From positions 1,888,001 through 1,952,000 of the forward strand of contig OZ242383.1 in NCBI GenBank assembly GCA_965209155.1: 64,000 nucleotides of DNA, in the 5' to 3' direction. Below are positions 1 through 9,227 of this stretch, piece by piece. The first letter of the stretch is position 1. Every line of letters begins with the position of its first letter. Below the pieces are notes generated by a model. The model saw only the letters and a program-made list of their open reading frames with translations. It was not told the DNA's origin and did not search any database. The translations under genes and the position numbers were made by a program. Origin of the DNA: a bacterium. Its GTDB lineage: Bacteria; SAR324; NAC60-12.

Positions 1-410
1 CCTGCTGATTCAGAAAATAGAAGGCAGTGTGCTTGCGCAAACGGTCTAAAATATAATATTCCGCCACCCCTGCTTTGGCGTATTCTTCTTTTTTGTGGAC
101 CGTATCCCGTTCTAACTCCCAGGGCTCCGCGTCGGATAAAAACTCAATACAGAGGTCACACACTCCCTGAAACGAACGATCCAACGGTTTGGCCTCGACA
201 GGATTGGAGTGGAGAATCACGGCCAATCCGGTTTGCGAATACTCACATTATTCTTTCCCCACTCCAAACGAAAGCCCATTCCCAATGCCATGACCCGTCC
301 AATGCGGAAGACAGTCAATTACTCTTCTAATAAGCGGAAGAACCATTGATAGAGGGAGATGCTTAAAAAATCTGGCATAGGTTTTCCTCCAAGAGGCCAT
401 TGTTCCATTC
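1..410 (-). pseudogene. Uma2/DUF820-like PD-(D/E)XK endonuclease, disrupted; runs off the window edge
   Basis: Manual minus-strand translation gives EWNNGLLEE..MPDF..LEE*..IRKPD/LAVILH..DLCIEFLSD..DTVHKKEEYAKAGVAEYYILD. There is an in-frame TAA (~319) and a -1 frameshift at ~226. Confidence 0.75.
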
Positions 411-558
411 ACAGGAATATCTTCCCTTGCCTTTAATCAGAAACTTCGATATAGTTGGCATTAAATCAGTTGATTTTGGCAAGTATCCGATTTTGCGTTA
501 ATTAAGTACAGTGATTCATAAAAAAGTATCCAAATTGTCATTCTACTATGAAATCATA

Positions 559-564
559 TGTCAA
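559..564 (-). promoter_or_regulatory. -35 (TTGACA) of the circle-junction promoter
   Basis: Joining the ends through the AG core gives TTGACA-tatgatttcatagtagt(17)-TACTAT. Confidence 0.8.
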
Positions 565-579
565 GATAGTTATGAAAAA

Positions 580-795
580 AATTCTAACCAGTCTACTATT
601 CGTGGTCCCAAAGGCCGACAAGTTACTTTTTCGAAGTCATTTTCATGAAAGGAGTTGGCATACTGAGCGACGATGATCGGAGTCAACAAGAATGACACCG
701 CCATACTCCAGGAACTTCGATAATGAGGTGTTGAACTTTTTCAAATTTCTTGGTTGTTGCTTTCTAGTAGATGAATCTCAAGGCTCTGTTTTTGT
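580..795 (-). ncRNA. Predicted bridge/seek RNA of the IS1111-group element
   Basis: Nested stems UCGAAGU/ACUUCGA and GGAGUAUGGC/GCCAACUCC. Guides at 689-697 and 663-670 match the flanks; guides at 621-627 and 593-600 match the circle junction. RNA ends are approximate. Confidence 0.85.
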
Positions 796-1860
796 TTAAA
801 CCACTTGGAGCACAGGAGGTTGATAAGGTGTTTGATCGAGGATTAACCTCCTAGCCAAAATCACCAGTTTACGAGCGATGGCCACAATGGCCCGTTTGCC
901 TCCGATGCGGCAAGCCAAGCGTTGATATTTGGTTTTAAAATAAGGATCTTTACGCACCAGAGTCCAAGCCGCTTCCACCAACATTCCACGCAGATCGGCT
1001 TTGCCGGAACGAGTAATATGGCCCATGCGAATCTGATCAGAACTGGAAAACTGAGAAGGGGTTAAGCCCACATAAGCGGCGATTTGATCACTTTGAGCAA
1101 AACGCGTGAGATCTTCCAATTCTAATAAAAAGGTCATCGCTGTGAGCAAACCCACTCCGGGGATGGATCTTAAAAACTGAACGTTGAGTTGGTGTTGAGG
1201 GCTCTTGGCCAGTTGTCGAATGGCTTGAGTCAGACGAAGAATTTGCTCTTGGAGAAAATGGAATTCTTCCAGAAGCATTTGCATACTCAAACCAAAGCGA
1301 GAGTCGCTTTGAGCCAAGTTTGTTAATTCCAATAAAAAACTTTGAGTCCAAGAACCTTGGTCGCTGGAGAGCTTTTGTCCATGAAAACTTAACTCGGCTT
1401 TGATGCGATTTTGAACACGAACTCGATTGCCCATGAGTTGACGACGATGGCGAATGAGTTTGCGTTGCTGCAAATTAGCTTCACTCGGAACATAAACACT
1501 TTTGAGCAAATCTCTGGAAAGATAAAAGGCTAATTTCTTGCTGTCTTTGCGATCGGTTTTTACTCGATTACCTGACTCTTGAGGAATCAAACTGGGAGGG
1601 GTGACCAAACAATCCACCCCCCAATGGCTCAGATGACGAGAGAGCCAGTAGCCACAATAACCGGCTTCATAGACCACTTTCATCTCCAATGATTTGAAAG
1701 GATTCAAAAGTTTTTTTAAGGCCGACCAACTCGCTGGAATGGATTGACTGCTCAACTCGCAATCAAAGCTCCGAATGGTGACATGAAAGGTTTTTTTATG
1801 CACGTCGATTCCTATATAAATGGTTTGGCCTAATAATGATTCAATGTTAATCTTTTTCAT
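796..1860 (-). CDS. IS110-family recombinase/transposase (DEDD RuvC-like + Tnp domain)
   Basis: GIDVHK, YEAG, KTDRKD, SIPGVG and AYVGLTPSQFSS motifs; 354 aa. Confidence 0.95.
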   Translation of the reverse strand: MKKINIESLLGQTIYIGIDVHKKTFHVTIRSFDCELSSQSIPASWSALKKLLNPFKSLEMKVVYEAGYCGYWLSRHLSHWGVDCLVTPPSLIPQESGNRVKTDRKDSKKLAFYLSRDLLKSVYVPSEANLQQRKLIRHRRQLMGNRVRVQNRIKAELSFHGQKLSSDQGSWTQSFLLELTNLAQSDSRFGLSMQMLLEEFHFLQEQILRLTQAIRQLAKSPQHQLNVQFLRSIPGVGLLTAMTFLLELEDLTRFAQSDQIAAYVGLTPSQFSSSDQIRMGHITRSGKADLRGMLVEAAWTLVRKDPYFKTKYQRLACRIGGKRAIVAIARKLVILARRLILDQTPYQPPVLQVV

Positions 1861-1862
1861 AG

Positions 1863-1928
1863 CAGTCTCCTAAAAGATGGTTGTTAGTTTTTGCTGAAAC
1901 TATTTAATATCACAACCATCGGAGACTG
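1863..1928 (-). promoter_or_regulatory. Hairpin sequestering the transposase RBS
   Basis: CAGTCTCC..GATGGTTGT (1863-1884) is complementary to ACAACCATC-GGAGACTG (1912-1928). The GGAG RBS lies in the stem. Confidence 0.7.
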
Positions 1929-1945
1929 TCCGATTTACATAGTAA

Positions 1946-2036
1946 CTGAGAGGGACGCCCAGTCATGTAGGCGAAGAATCTCAATGATATCAAGGAGATT
2001 TTTCGTAAGGGGGCTGCCTAACCTGAGGATGACAAA
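1946..2036. repeat. Palindromic element (TGTCATTCTGAG..CGAAGAATCTC..GAGATTTTTCG..CTGAGGATGACA) interrupted by the IS; its left tip is at 535-544
   Basis: Removing the IS restores an outer TTGTCATT/GATGACAA stem and an inner 1972-1982/1995-2005 stem. Confidence 0.75.
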
Positions 2037-2110
2037 TCAAAAGAATGAATTTGATCACTTTATTCTGATTAGCTGTCCTAAGTATTCACGATTATCTCTG
2101 AGGAATCCCC

Positions 2111-5100
2111 ATGGAAATGTCGTTTACTCAGCAGACGTCCTTGGATCAGCATAGGAACCGGTTTTTGACCGATGATCGCTGTCACCAACATCTTTTCGCG
2201 ATTCGCTGGCCCCAAGGGTTTGTCTGCCCCACCTGTGGCCATCATGAGTATTACGAGGTATCGCTGCGTAAGCTGTTTCAATGCAAACAATGTCATTCCC
2301 AAACCTCAGCGACGGCAGGCACGATCATGCACCGGACGCGGACTCCGCTGCGTTACTGGTTTTGGGGGATTTATTATGTGGCCGCATGCAATGGGGAGAC
2401 GACGGCTCAACAATTGTCAGAAAAAATCGGATTAAATTACTATATCGCCCGGAGGATGCTGGGAAAAATCCACGAATTCGAAAAGAACCAGGGTTTCCTG
2501 GGGGATCTGCTCAAAAGCTTCAAAATGCCTGAATGGTCCAGGGAAGAACTCTATACCGGACCGGGCATGGAAACACCACCCAAGCCAACAAAAAAGCTGG
2601 CGATTTCTGATCAAAAAAAACCGGAGATTCCAGGTTATTTGCTGGAGGAGGTCATTTTTGAAAGTGGGCGGACTTGGCTCTGGCGCGGCAGGCGGCAAAG
2701 CGATGGGCTTTTGGTCCTGATCAAGGGAGCGGCATCTTCCGAGCAGAGTGCCCAGGAGCTGGCGGAAATGCGGCATGAGCATGAGATCACTCAAGCTCTT
2801 AAGATCGATGGGGTCCTCAGGGCAGAGGAAGTGGTACAATATGAAAATGGATCGGTCTTGATCCTGGAAAACACCGAAGGGCTTCCTTTAAGAAAGCTGA
2901 TGGATGCCGCCCGGCTCGACCTGCCGAACTCGCTGAAGATAGCGCTTTCATTGGCCGGCACCCTGAAAGAAGTGCACCGGCAGGGCCTCCTTCATAAAAT
3001 GATCAATCCGTTCAATATTTTTGTTGATCCGGCATCGGGGACGGTCAAACTGACCGGCTTCGGCCTGGCCAGCCGGTTGCCTAAGGAAAATTTGACGACG
3101 TTGAGTCCCCAGCTAAGCGGGGAAACCTTGCCCTATATTTCTCCCGAGCAGACCGGCCGGATGAACCGCCCCCTCGATTATCGCAGTGATTTTTATTCTC
3201 TGGGCGCTACCCTTTATGAGCTTTTCAGCGGGAGAGTGCCTTTCCACTCCCGGGAGGTCATGGAAATCATCCACGCTCACATTGCCCGGCAGCCTGTACC
3301 CCTGGACCAGAAGTCGCCGCAGGTGCCCAAAACCCTTTCCCGCCTGGTGATGAAACTGATGGCCAAGCGTGTCGAGGCGCGCTACCAGAGTCACTCGGGT
3401 CTGGTAGCCGATCTGCTGGCATGTCTGGAGCAGCTGGAAAAAAGTGGAAACTTGTCCGACTTTCCCCTGGGCCGCCAGGACGTTCCCAAAGAATTGCAGG
3501 TCGCCCCGGGGCTTTACGGCCGGGAGGATGAAATCAACGTTTTGGAGGCTGCCCTGGAGCGAGTCAGCCAGGGAGCGACCGAGATGGTGCTGGTCTCGGG
3601 ATCCGCCGGTGTCGGCAAAACCGTCCTGGTCGGTGAAATTCACCGATCCGTTGCCCAAAAAAACGGTTTCTTCATCTCCGGCAAGTTTGACCAGCTCCGG
3701 CACAATATCCCCTACAGCGCCCTGATCCAGGCGCTGCGGGGACTCATCCGGGAAATATCGGCCGAAGACAAATCCGGAATGGAGCGTTGGAAAAGCAGGA
3801 TACGGACTGCCCTGGGACCCAACGGACAACTGATGACCCGGGTGATCCCGGAACTGGAACAGGTTATCGGCCCGCAACCCCCGCTGCCGGAAATGGGAGC
3901 GCTGGAGTCCCGCAACCGCTTCACTGCCGTTTTACTGGATTTCATCGACCTTTTCTGTGAAAAAACCCATCCGCTGGTTATTTTTCTGGACGACTTGCAG
4001 TGGGTGGACGCCGATACCCTCAAGCTGGTGGAACGGATCGCTCAGGATCCGGAGAGGAAACCTCTGCTTTTCCTGGGGGCCTATCGCGACAACGAGGTAG
4101 AGGCTGATCATCGGTTGACGATCGGTATCGAAGTGATAAAAAAAACAGGCCAGCCTGTGCAAATAATCCCCTTAAAGCCCCTCAACCCGGAGGACATCTC
4201 ACAACTGCTCGTCCATACCTGCCACTGCCGTCCTGAGGAGGCAAACCCACTGGCCGAGCTCCTGATGCGCAAAACCGGCGGCAATCCCTTCTTTGTGAGC
4301 CAGTTCTTGACCGTACTCTCCGAGAAGGAGCTTATCGGTTACTCCCCTGAGGAAAAACGATGGATCTGGGAGCTGGCTGCCATCGAATTCCTGGCGGTGA
4401 CCGATAATGTGGTGGAGTTGCTTATTGACCGGCTCCACCGGTTTTCCTCTGAAACCAGGAAACTCTTAAGCCTGGCGGCCTGCATCGGCAATACCTTTGA
4501 CCTGGAATCGTTGGAGTTGATCAGCGGAGCCGGAAACGGGGAGCTCGATGAGAACCTGTTGCCGGCCCTGGAAACCGGGTTGATCCTCGGTTTTTCCCGG
4601 GCTCCGCAGCCGGATAATCCGACCGCCGGAGCGAGCGCGGAGAGCGGCAGCTACAAATTCCTGCATGACCGGGTGCAGCAGGCGGCCTATGCCCTCATCG
4701 CGCAAAAGGAGAAACAGCCGGTCCATCTTCAAATCGGTCAGACCCTGCTCAAGCAATACGCTCCGGAGAAAGGTGAAGCTCTGCTTTTTGACATCGTCCA
4801 CCATCTCAACCTGGCCCGGAGGGTGAAGGGTAAATGGAAAGAACGATTGCACCTGGCGGAACTCAACCTGGAAGCCGGTCGTCAGGCCAGAGCGGCTTCG
4901 GCTTTTGAACAGGCCCTGGAATATTTTACCATCGGCCTGGATCTCTTAGGAGCCGCCGCCTGGAAACGGCAATACCCCCTGGCCTTATCCCTGCACGAAG
5001 CAGCGACGGAGATGTCATGGCTCTGCGGCCGGTTCGAGTTGATGGAGAAGCTGGCGGGTGCCGTAAAAGACAACGCCCGAGCGGACCTGGACCTGGCCAA

Positions 5101-8062
5101 TGTTTATCACTGCCGGATCCAGGCGTACACCACCCGAGGCGAATTAAAGAAGGCCATGGAAACGGGCGCGGAAATTCTGTATAAATTGGGGTGTCAACTC
5201 AGCCGTTTGTCTCCCAGCCAGTGGCAGCAGACCCTCGGTCAAATCAAACCCAGCCTGGCAGGTAAAAGCGTCGCGGACGTGATGCGCTTTGAGCCGCTCA
5301 CCCAACCGGATGCCGAGGTCCTTGTCCCTATCCTGCATGAACTCCATATGGCCAATGGCGAGGCTGGGGCTACTTTGGATGACGGTCTTTGGCAGTCCAT
5401 CGCTGCAAAACGCATCTCTTTGCTGCTGAATCATTTTCATCCGGAATTTTCACCCGAATTCTATGGTCTCCTTGGAAGTATATATTGCTTGTTTACTCAG
5501 GATTTTGAATTTGGTTATGAACTCGCTCGGCTGGGCATACAGATCATGGAAGCGCTTGATCTGAAGGAAATAAACTGTAGAGTTTCCTTGTCTTTCAACG
5601 CCGCGACCCGGTTCTACCAGGAGCCGCTATCGGCGTCATTGGAGCCCTTGCTGGAAGCTCATAAGATCGGAATCGAGACGGGAGATTTCTTCAATGCCGG
5701 TTATAGCGCCGTCGGAAGATGTCAGATTGCCTTTATGTGCGGGAAGGAGCTGAATTGGCTGAAAGGGGAATTGTCGACGTTGAAGGCTGCTCTCAAGAAG
5801 ATCGATTATATTCTCGGATCGCCCCGGGTCGAAATGCTGATGAAGACGGTCATGGTTCTGATGGAGGAACCTGCGAGCCTGTCGAGCGGCATCATGGATC
5901 AATACGACAGGGTGACATGTACGGAGTACTCATATTATGAACATCGCAGTTTCAATTACCAAAAGCTGGTGCTGCAAACCCTGTTCGGAGAATACGAAGC
6001 AGCGCGGGAGACGGTTTTTGAAATGATCAACCTGATGAAAACCTACAAGGATTCCCTTGTTGATCCCCTGGCCAACTGCTACCGATCCCTCGCTCTCCTC
6101 GCGGTTTACGGCCAGGTGCCTGACAGGGAAAAGGAGGAGATCCTCACCCAAGTCCATGAACATCAGGAGACGTTGGAAAAACTGGCGCGCTGTGCCCCAC
6201 CCAATTATTTGCATAAATACCACCTGGTGGAAGCCGAGCGGATGCGGGTTTTGGAGGGTGAACCCGATACCATTATGCACCACTATGACCAAGCCATCAC
6301 TTTGGGCAGGGAGAGCGAGTTTATCCACGAGGAAGCCCTGGCCAATGAACTGGCAGCCAGGTACTTGCTCAACCAGGGGCAGAACGACGCCGCCCGGGCG
6401 TACCTGCGCTCAGCAATGGAAAAATACGAAGCCTGGGGGGCAAAACGGAAGGTCGCGCACCTGAAGTCTCGATATCCCGGGCTGATTGCCGATGATCGTG
6501 CTGAAGCGAAGTCTCCTTCGGCCAACCTGGACCTGGCGACGATGCTCAAAGCCTCGGAGGCCCTCTCCAGTACTCTCGAGTTGGAACCGCTGCTGGAGAT
6601 CCTGCTCCGCATTCTCATAGAAAATGCCGGGGCCCAGACAGCAGCCCTGCTTCTGGAAACCGAAGGTCAGTCTCTCATCGCTGCCCGCGGAAGCGCCGAG
6701 CAGGTTGAATGTTTTCTACCGCTTTCCCTGCCTGTGGAAAAGGCCGAATCCCTCTCCCTCTCGGTCATCTCCTGGGTGAAACAAACCCAGGAACACCTGG
6801 TTTTGGACAACGCCGCTCGCGAGAAACGATTTGCCGGGGATGACTATATCAGAAAGGAGCGTCCTAAATCGGTCCTGTGCGCACCGATCATTCATAAGTC
6901 ATCTTTGAGCGGAATCATTTACCTGGAAAATAACCTGGTCGAGGGAGTCTTCACCTCCCGGCGACTCGAGGTGATCAAACACCTCACCTCCCAGATCGCC
7001 ATTTCCCTGGAAAATGCCAGGCTTCACGAAAACCTCAAAAAGGCGATGGACGAGCTGAAAGCGAGCGAAACCTCCCTACGCGAGGAGAATGTCCGCCTGA
7101 AGGCCAACATTAAGGAACGTTATCGCTTCGGAAAGATCATCGGCAAAAGCCCCGTGATGCAGGAGATTTATGAATTGATCTTAAAGGCGGCGGCTAGCGA
7201 TGCGGGCGTCATTGTATACGGTGAATCAGGGACCGGGAAAGAACTGGTGGCCAAAGCCATCCATGAGATGAGTGATAGAAAAGAAAAACCCTTTGTTCCT
7301 GTCAACGCCGGTGCTGTTCCGGAAAACCTCTTGGAAAGCGAGTTTTTCGGCTACAAAAAAGGGGCCTTTACCGGAGCCAATGCCGATAAGCGCGGCCTGC
7401 TCCAACAGGCAGACAAAGGCACGCTTTTCCTGGATGAATTGGGTGAAATCAGCCCCAACCTGCAAGCCAAACTACTGCGTGCTATTGAGGGCGGAGGGTT
7501 CACTCCAGTAGGCGGCCTTGAAGCGGAAACCTCCGATTTTCGCATCATTGCTGCCACCAATCAGGATTTAAAACAACAAATGAAAAAGGGATTGATGCGG
7601 AAGGATTTCTTCTATCGCATCCAAATTATCCCTCTTCACTTGCCGCCTCTCCGGGAACGAAAAGAGGATATCCCCCTTTTGATTGAGCATTTTATGCAAA
7701 ACCACCCTTCCTCAAAGAACCTCACAATCACTGCCGCTGTCATGGAAGCTCTGACCTCCTATGATTGGCCGGGAAACGTCAGGGAATTGATCAACACCAT
7801 GCATCGCTACCTGACGCTCAAGAAACTCGACTTCCTCGATACCTCTTTGATCGATGCCAGCCAAACAGAACCAGCGGTCTCGGTTGAGGTGCGTGAAACC
7901 AATGAATCCTTGGATGCCACCATGAAGCGATTCGAAAAACTGTATTTGACCAGGGTGCTGGACGATAATCACTGGCAACAGAGCAAAGTTTCAGCTCTTC
8001 TGGGGGTTGATCGTAAAACGTTGTATCGAAAAATAAACCAATACCATCTCAAACCTTCATAA
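2111..8062 (+). CDS. Multidomain sigma54-dependent activator: IS1595-type Zn-ribbon/HTH + Ser/Thr kinase-like + AAA_16-type ATPase + TPR-like + GAF + sigma54 AAA+ + Fis-type HTH
   Basis: RWPQGFVCPTC..FQCKQC..SATAGTI; YISPEQTGRMNR; GSAGVGKT; FLDDLQW; GGNPFF; IYLENN; GESGTGKE; GAFTGA; WPGNVREL; LGVDRKTLYRKI. Confidence 0.92.
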   Translation: MEMSFTQQTSLDQHRNRFLTDDRCHQHLFAIRWPQGFVCPTCGHHEYYEVSLRKLFQCKQCHSQTSATAGTIMHRTRTPLRYWFWGIYYVAACNGETTAQQLSEKIGLNYYIARRMLGKIHEFEKNQGFLGDLLKSFKMPEWSREELYTGPGMETPPKPTKKLAISDQKKPEIPGYLLEEVIFESGRTWLWRGRRQSDGLLVLIKGAASSEQSAQELAEMRHEHEITQALKIDGVLRAEEVVQYENGSVLILENTEGLPLRKLMDAARLDLPNSLKIALSLAGTLKEVHRQGLLHKMINPFNIFVDPASGTVKLTGFGLASRLPKENLTTLSPQLSGETLPYISPEQTGRMNRPLDYRSDFYSLGATLYELFSGRVPFHSREVMEIIHAHIARQPVPLDQKSPQVPKTLSRLVMKLMAKRVEARYQSHSGLVADLLACLEQLEKSGNLSDFPLGRQDVPKELQVAPGLYGREDEINVLEAALERVSQGATEMVLVSGSAGVGKTVLVGEIHRSVAQKNGFFISGKFDQLRHNIPYSALIQALRGLIREISAEDKSGMERWKSRIRTALGPNGQLMTRVIPELEQVIGPQPPLPEMGALESRNRFTAVLLDFIDLFCEKTHPLVIFLDDLQWVDADTLKLVERIAQDPERKPLLFLGAYRDNEVEADHRLTIGIEVIKKTGQPVQIIPLKPLNPEDISQLLVHTCHCRPEEANPLAELLMRKTGGNPFFVSQFLTVLSEKELIGYSPEEKRWIWELAAIEFLAVTDNVVELLIDRLHRFSSETRKLLSLAACIGNTFDLESLELISGAGNGELDENLLPALETGLILGFSRAPQPDNPTAGASAESGSYKFLHDRVQQAAYALIAQKEKQPVHLQIGQTLLKQYAPEKGEALLFDIVHHLNLARRVKGKWKERLHLAELNLEAGRQARAASAFEQALEYFTIGLDLLGAAAWKRQYPLALSLHEAATEMSWLCGRFELMEKLAGAVKDNARADLDLANVYHCRIQAYTTRGELKKAMETGAEILYKLGCQLSRLSPSQWQQTLGQIKPSLAGKSVADVMRFEPLTQPDAEVLVPILHELHMANGEAGATLDDGLWQSIAAKRISLLLNHFHPEFSPEFYGLLGSIYCLFTQDFEFGYELARLGIQIMEALDLKEINCRVSLSFNAATRFYQEPLSASLEPLLEAHKIGIETGDFFNAGYSAVGRCQIAFMCGKELNWLKGELSTLKAALKKIDYILGSPRVEMLMKTVMVLMEEPASLSSGIMDQYDRVTCTEYSYYEHRSFNYQKLVLQTLFGEYEAARETVFEMINLMKTYKDSLVDPLANCYRSLALLAVYGQVPDREKEEILTQVHEHQETLEKLARCAPPNYLHKYHLVEAERMRVLEGEPDTIMHHYDQAITLGRESEFIHEEALANELAARYLLNQGQNDAARAYLRSAMEKYEAWGAKRKVAHLKSRYPGLIADDRAEAKSPSANLDLATMLKASEALSSTLELEPLLEILLRILIENAGAQTAALLLETEGQSLIAARGSAEQVECFLPLSLPVEKAESLSLSVISWVKQTQEHLVLDNAAREKRFAGDDYIRKERPKSVLCAPIIHKSSLSGIIYLENNLVEGVFTSRRLEVIKHLTSQIAISLENARLHENLKKAMDELKASETSLREENVRLKANIKERYRFGKIIGKSPVMQEIYELILKAAASDAGVIVYGESGTGKELVAKAIHEMSDRKEKPFVPVNAGAVPENLLESEFFGYKKGAFTGANADKRGLLQQADKGTLFLDELGEISPNLQAKLLRAIEGGGFTPVGGLEAETSDFRIIAATNQDLKQQMKKGLMRKDFFYRIQIIPLHLPPLRERKEDIPLLIEHFMQNHPSSKNLTITAAVMEALTSYDWPGNVRELINTMHRYLTLKKLDFLDTSLIDASQTEPAVSVEVRETNESLDATMKRFEKLYLTRVLDDNHWQQSKVSALLGVDRKTLYRKINQYHLKPS

Positions 8063-8064
8063 AG

Positions 8065-8097
8065 AGAAGATGGTTTTGATGGGCCCCTGGAAGGGGC
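8065..8097. repeat. Remnant end of the IS200/IS605-like hairpin family
   Basis: AGAAGATGGTTTTGATGGGCCCCTGGAAGGGGC is nearly identical to 59838-59871. Confidence 0.65.
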
Positions 8098-8270
8098 TTT
8101 TCGGAGGCAGAAGCGAAATGCCGCCTGGTCAGAAGAAAACGACGTGCCATCGAAAGATCAGCAATGAAACAGGCTTGTAGAACTCAGAGAAGACCGGTAC
8201 GCTTACTCTCAAAAAAGGTGTTAATCGCCGATTTAGTGATAGGCTCTACTCACATGTATAGGATGGTTAT

Positions 8271-8540
8271 ATGACTCTTGAAGATATTCTGATTGATATT
8301 CACTCCCTTGAAGAAGAACTGCTTGATTTTGAAAGAAAGTACGGCGTTCGTTCGGACATATTCTATGCAGCCTATATCAGTGGTGAAGAACCTGAAGATG
8401 AAAATTGGGTCTTAGATTTTGGAGAATGGGCCAGCGTCTTTCGTACGTGGTTAGCGCGTCAAGCAACCTATCGTGACCAAGTACAACGAATTCAACGTGA
8501 TAAGCCGACTTTGAGTGGTTTGATTCGGGTTTCTGTATGA
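8271..8540 (+). CDS. Probable antitoxin (TumA-like)
   Basis: 89 aa; LLDFERKYGVRSDIFY..DFGEW pattern; overlaps the next gene by ATGA. Confidence 0.6.
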   Translation: MTLEDILIDIHSLEEELLDFERKYGVRSDIFYAAYISGEEPEDENWVLDFGEWASVFRTWLARQATYRDQVQRIQRDKPTLSGLIRVSV

Positions 8541-8968
8541 ATAATGCTCTCCGAACCATCAAAGACTATGAGCTGTTTATTTACACACTCACCGAACAGT
8601 TCCCTGTCATCCAACGTTCAACTTTGCGTTTAATCCGTCGTGGGACAACCTTAGCTCGTGTGGAGGGGAAACTGTACTTTACAAAAGATGTATGGATCGC
8701 CATCCGTGAACGAATTGTTTATCATCGTTTACCTGCCGTCATTGACGAATATGGATATGAGATCCGACAAAAAGAGAAAAAACTATACTGGTACGATTCT
8801 CAACCACATCCTAATGATTCGACTTTGCAAAGCACTCATCCCCATCACAAGCATATTCCGCCAGACATGAAACATAATAGGATTCCTGCAGAAGGAATGA
8901 GTTTTGTGCAACCCAATTTACCTATATTGATTCATGAAATCCAAGAATTGCTGAACAGCCTGTCGTAG
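8537..8968 (+). CDS. DUF6516/TumE-like toxin
   Basis: YDSQPHP..THPHHKH motif; coupled to the upstream small gene. Confidence 0.7.
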   Translation: MNNALRTIKDYELFIYTLTEQFPVIQRSTLRLIRRGTTLARVEGKLYFTKDVWIAIRERIVYHRLPAVIDEYGYEIRQKEKKLYWYDSQPHPNDSTLQSTHPHHKHIPPDMKHNRIPAEGMSFVQPNLPILIHEIQELLNSLS

Positions 8969-9023
8969 TCTTCCTGAAAGCGGAAATCCACGAAACGCTT
9001 GATTCAGGCAAATATAATCAATT

Positions 9024-9142
9024 GGGGCATATCTGCCCCGTTATGGGGCATATCTGCCCCAATCTAGGATTAGTGTTTAATATCAATGTATTACTGCCGA
9101 AAATCCATTATTTTTTGCGTTTAAGTGTGGCAAAACTGCCCC
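9024..9142. promoter_or_regulatory. Candidate bEBP enhancer (UAS): three palindromes
   Basis: GGGGCATATCTGCCCC at 9024-9039 and 9045-9060 (21-bp period); GTGGCAAAACTGCCCC at 9127-9142. Confidence 0.7.
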
Positions 9143-9227
9143 ATTTTACCAAAAAATCACCTCAAAACGGGCGGCCCTCTTTCCCATAGGTCGCCTCAGC
9201 CCCCACCAATCCTGCGTTTCGAGCGGT

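Larger units (their letters stand above)
545..1945 (-). mobile_element. IS110-family element, IS1111 group
   Basis: Transposase ORF. Imperfect inverted repeats TACTATG(T)AAATC at 544-555 and 1932-1944. A 2-nt core (CT on +) sits at both ends (543-544, 1946-1947). The long non-coding segment is downstream of the ORF. Confidence 0.9.
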
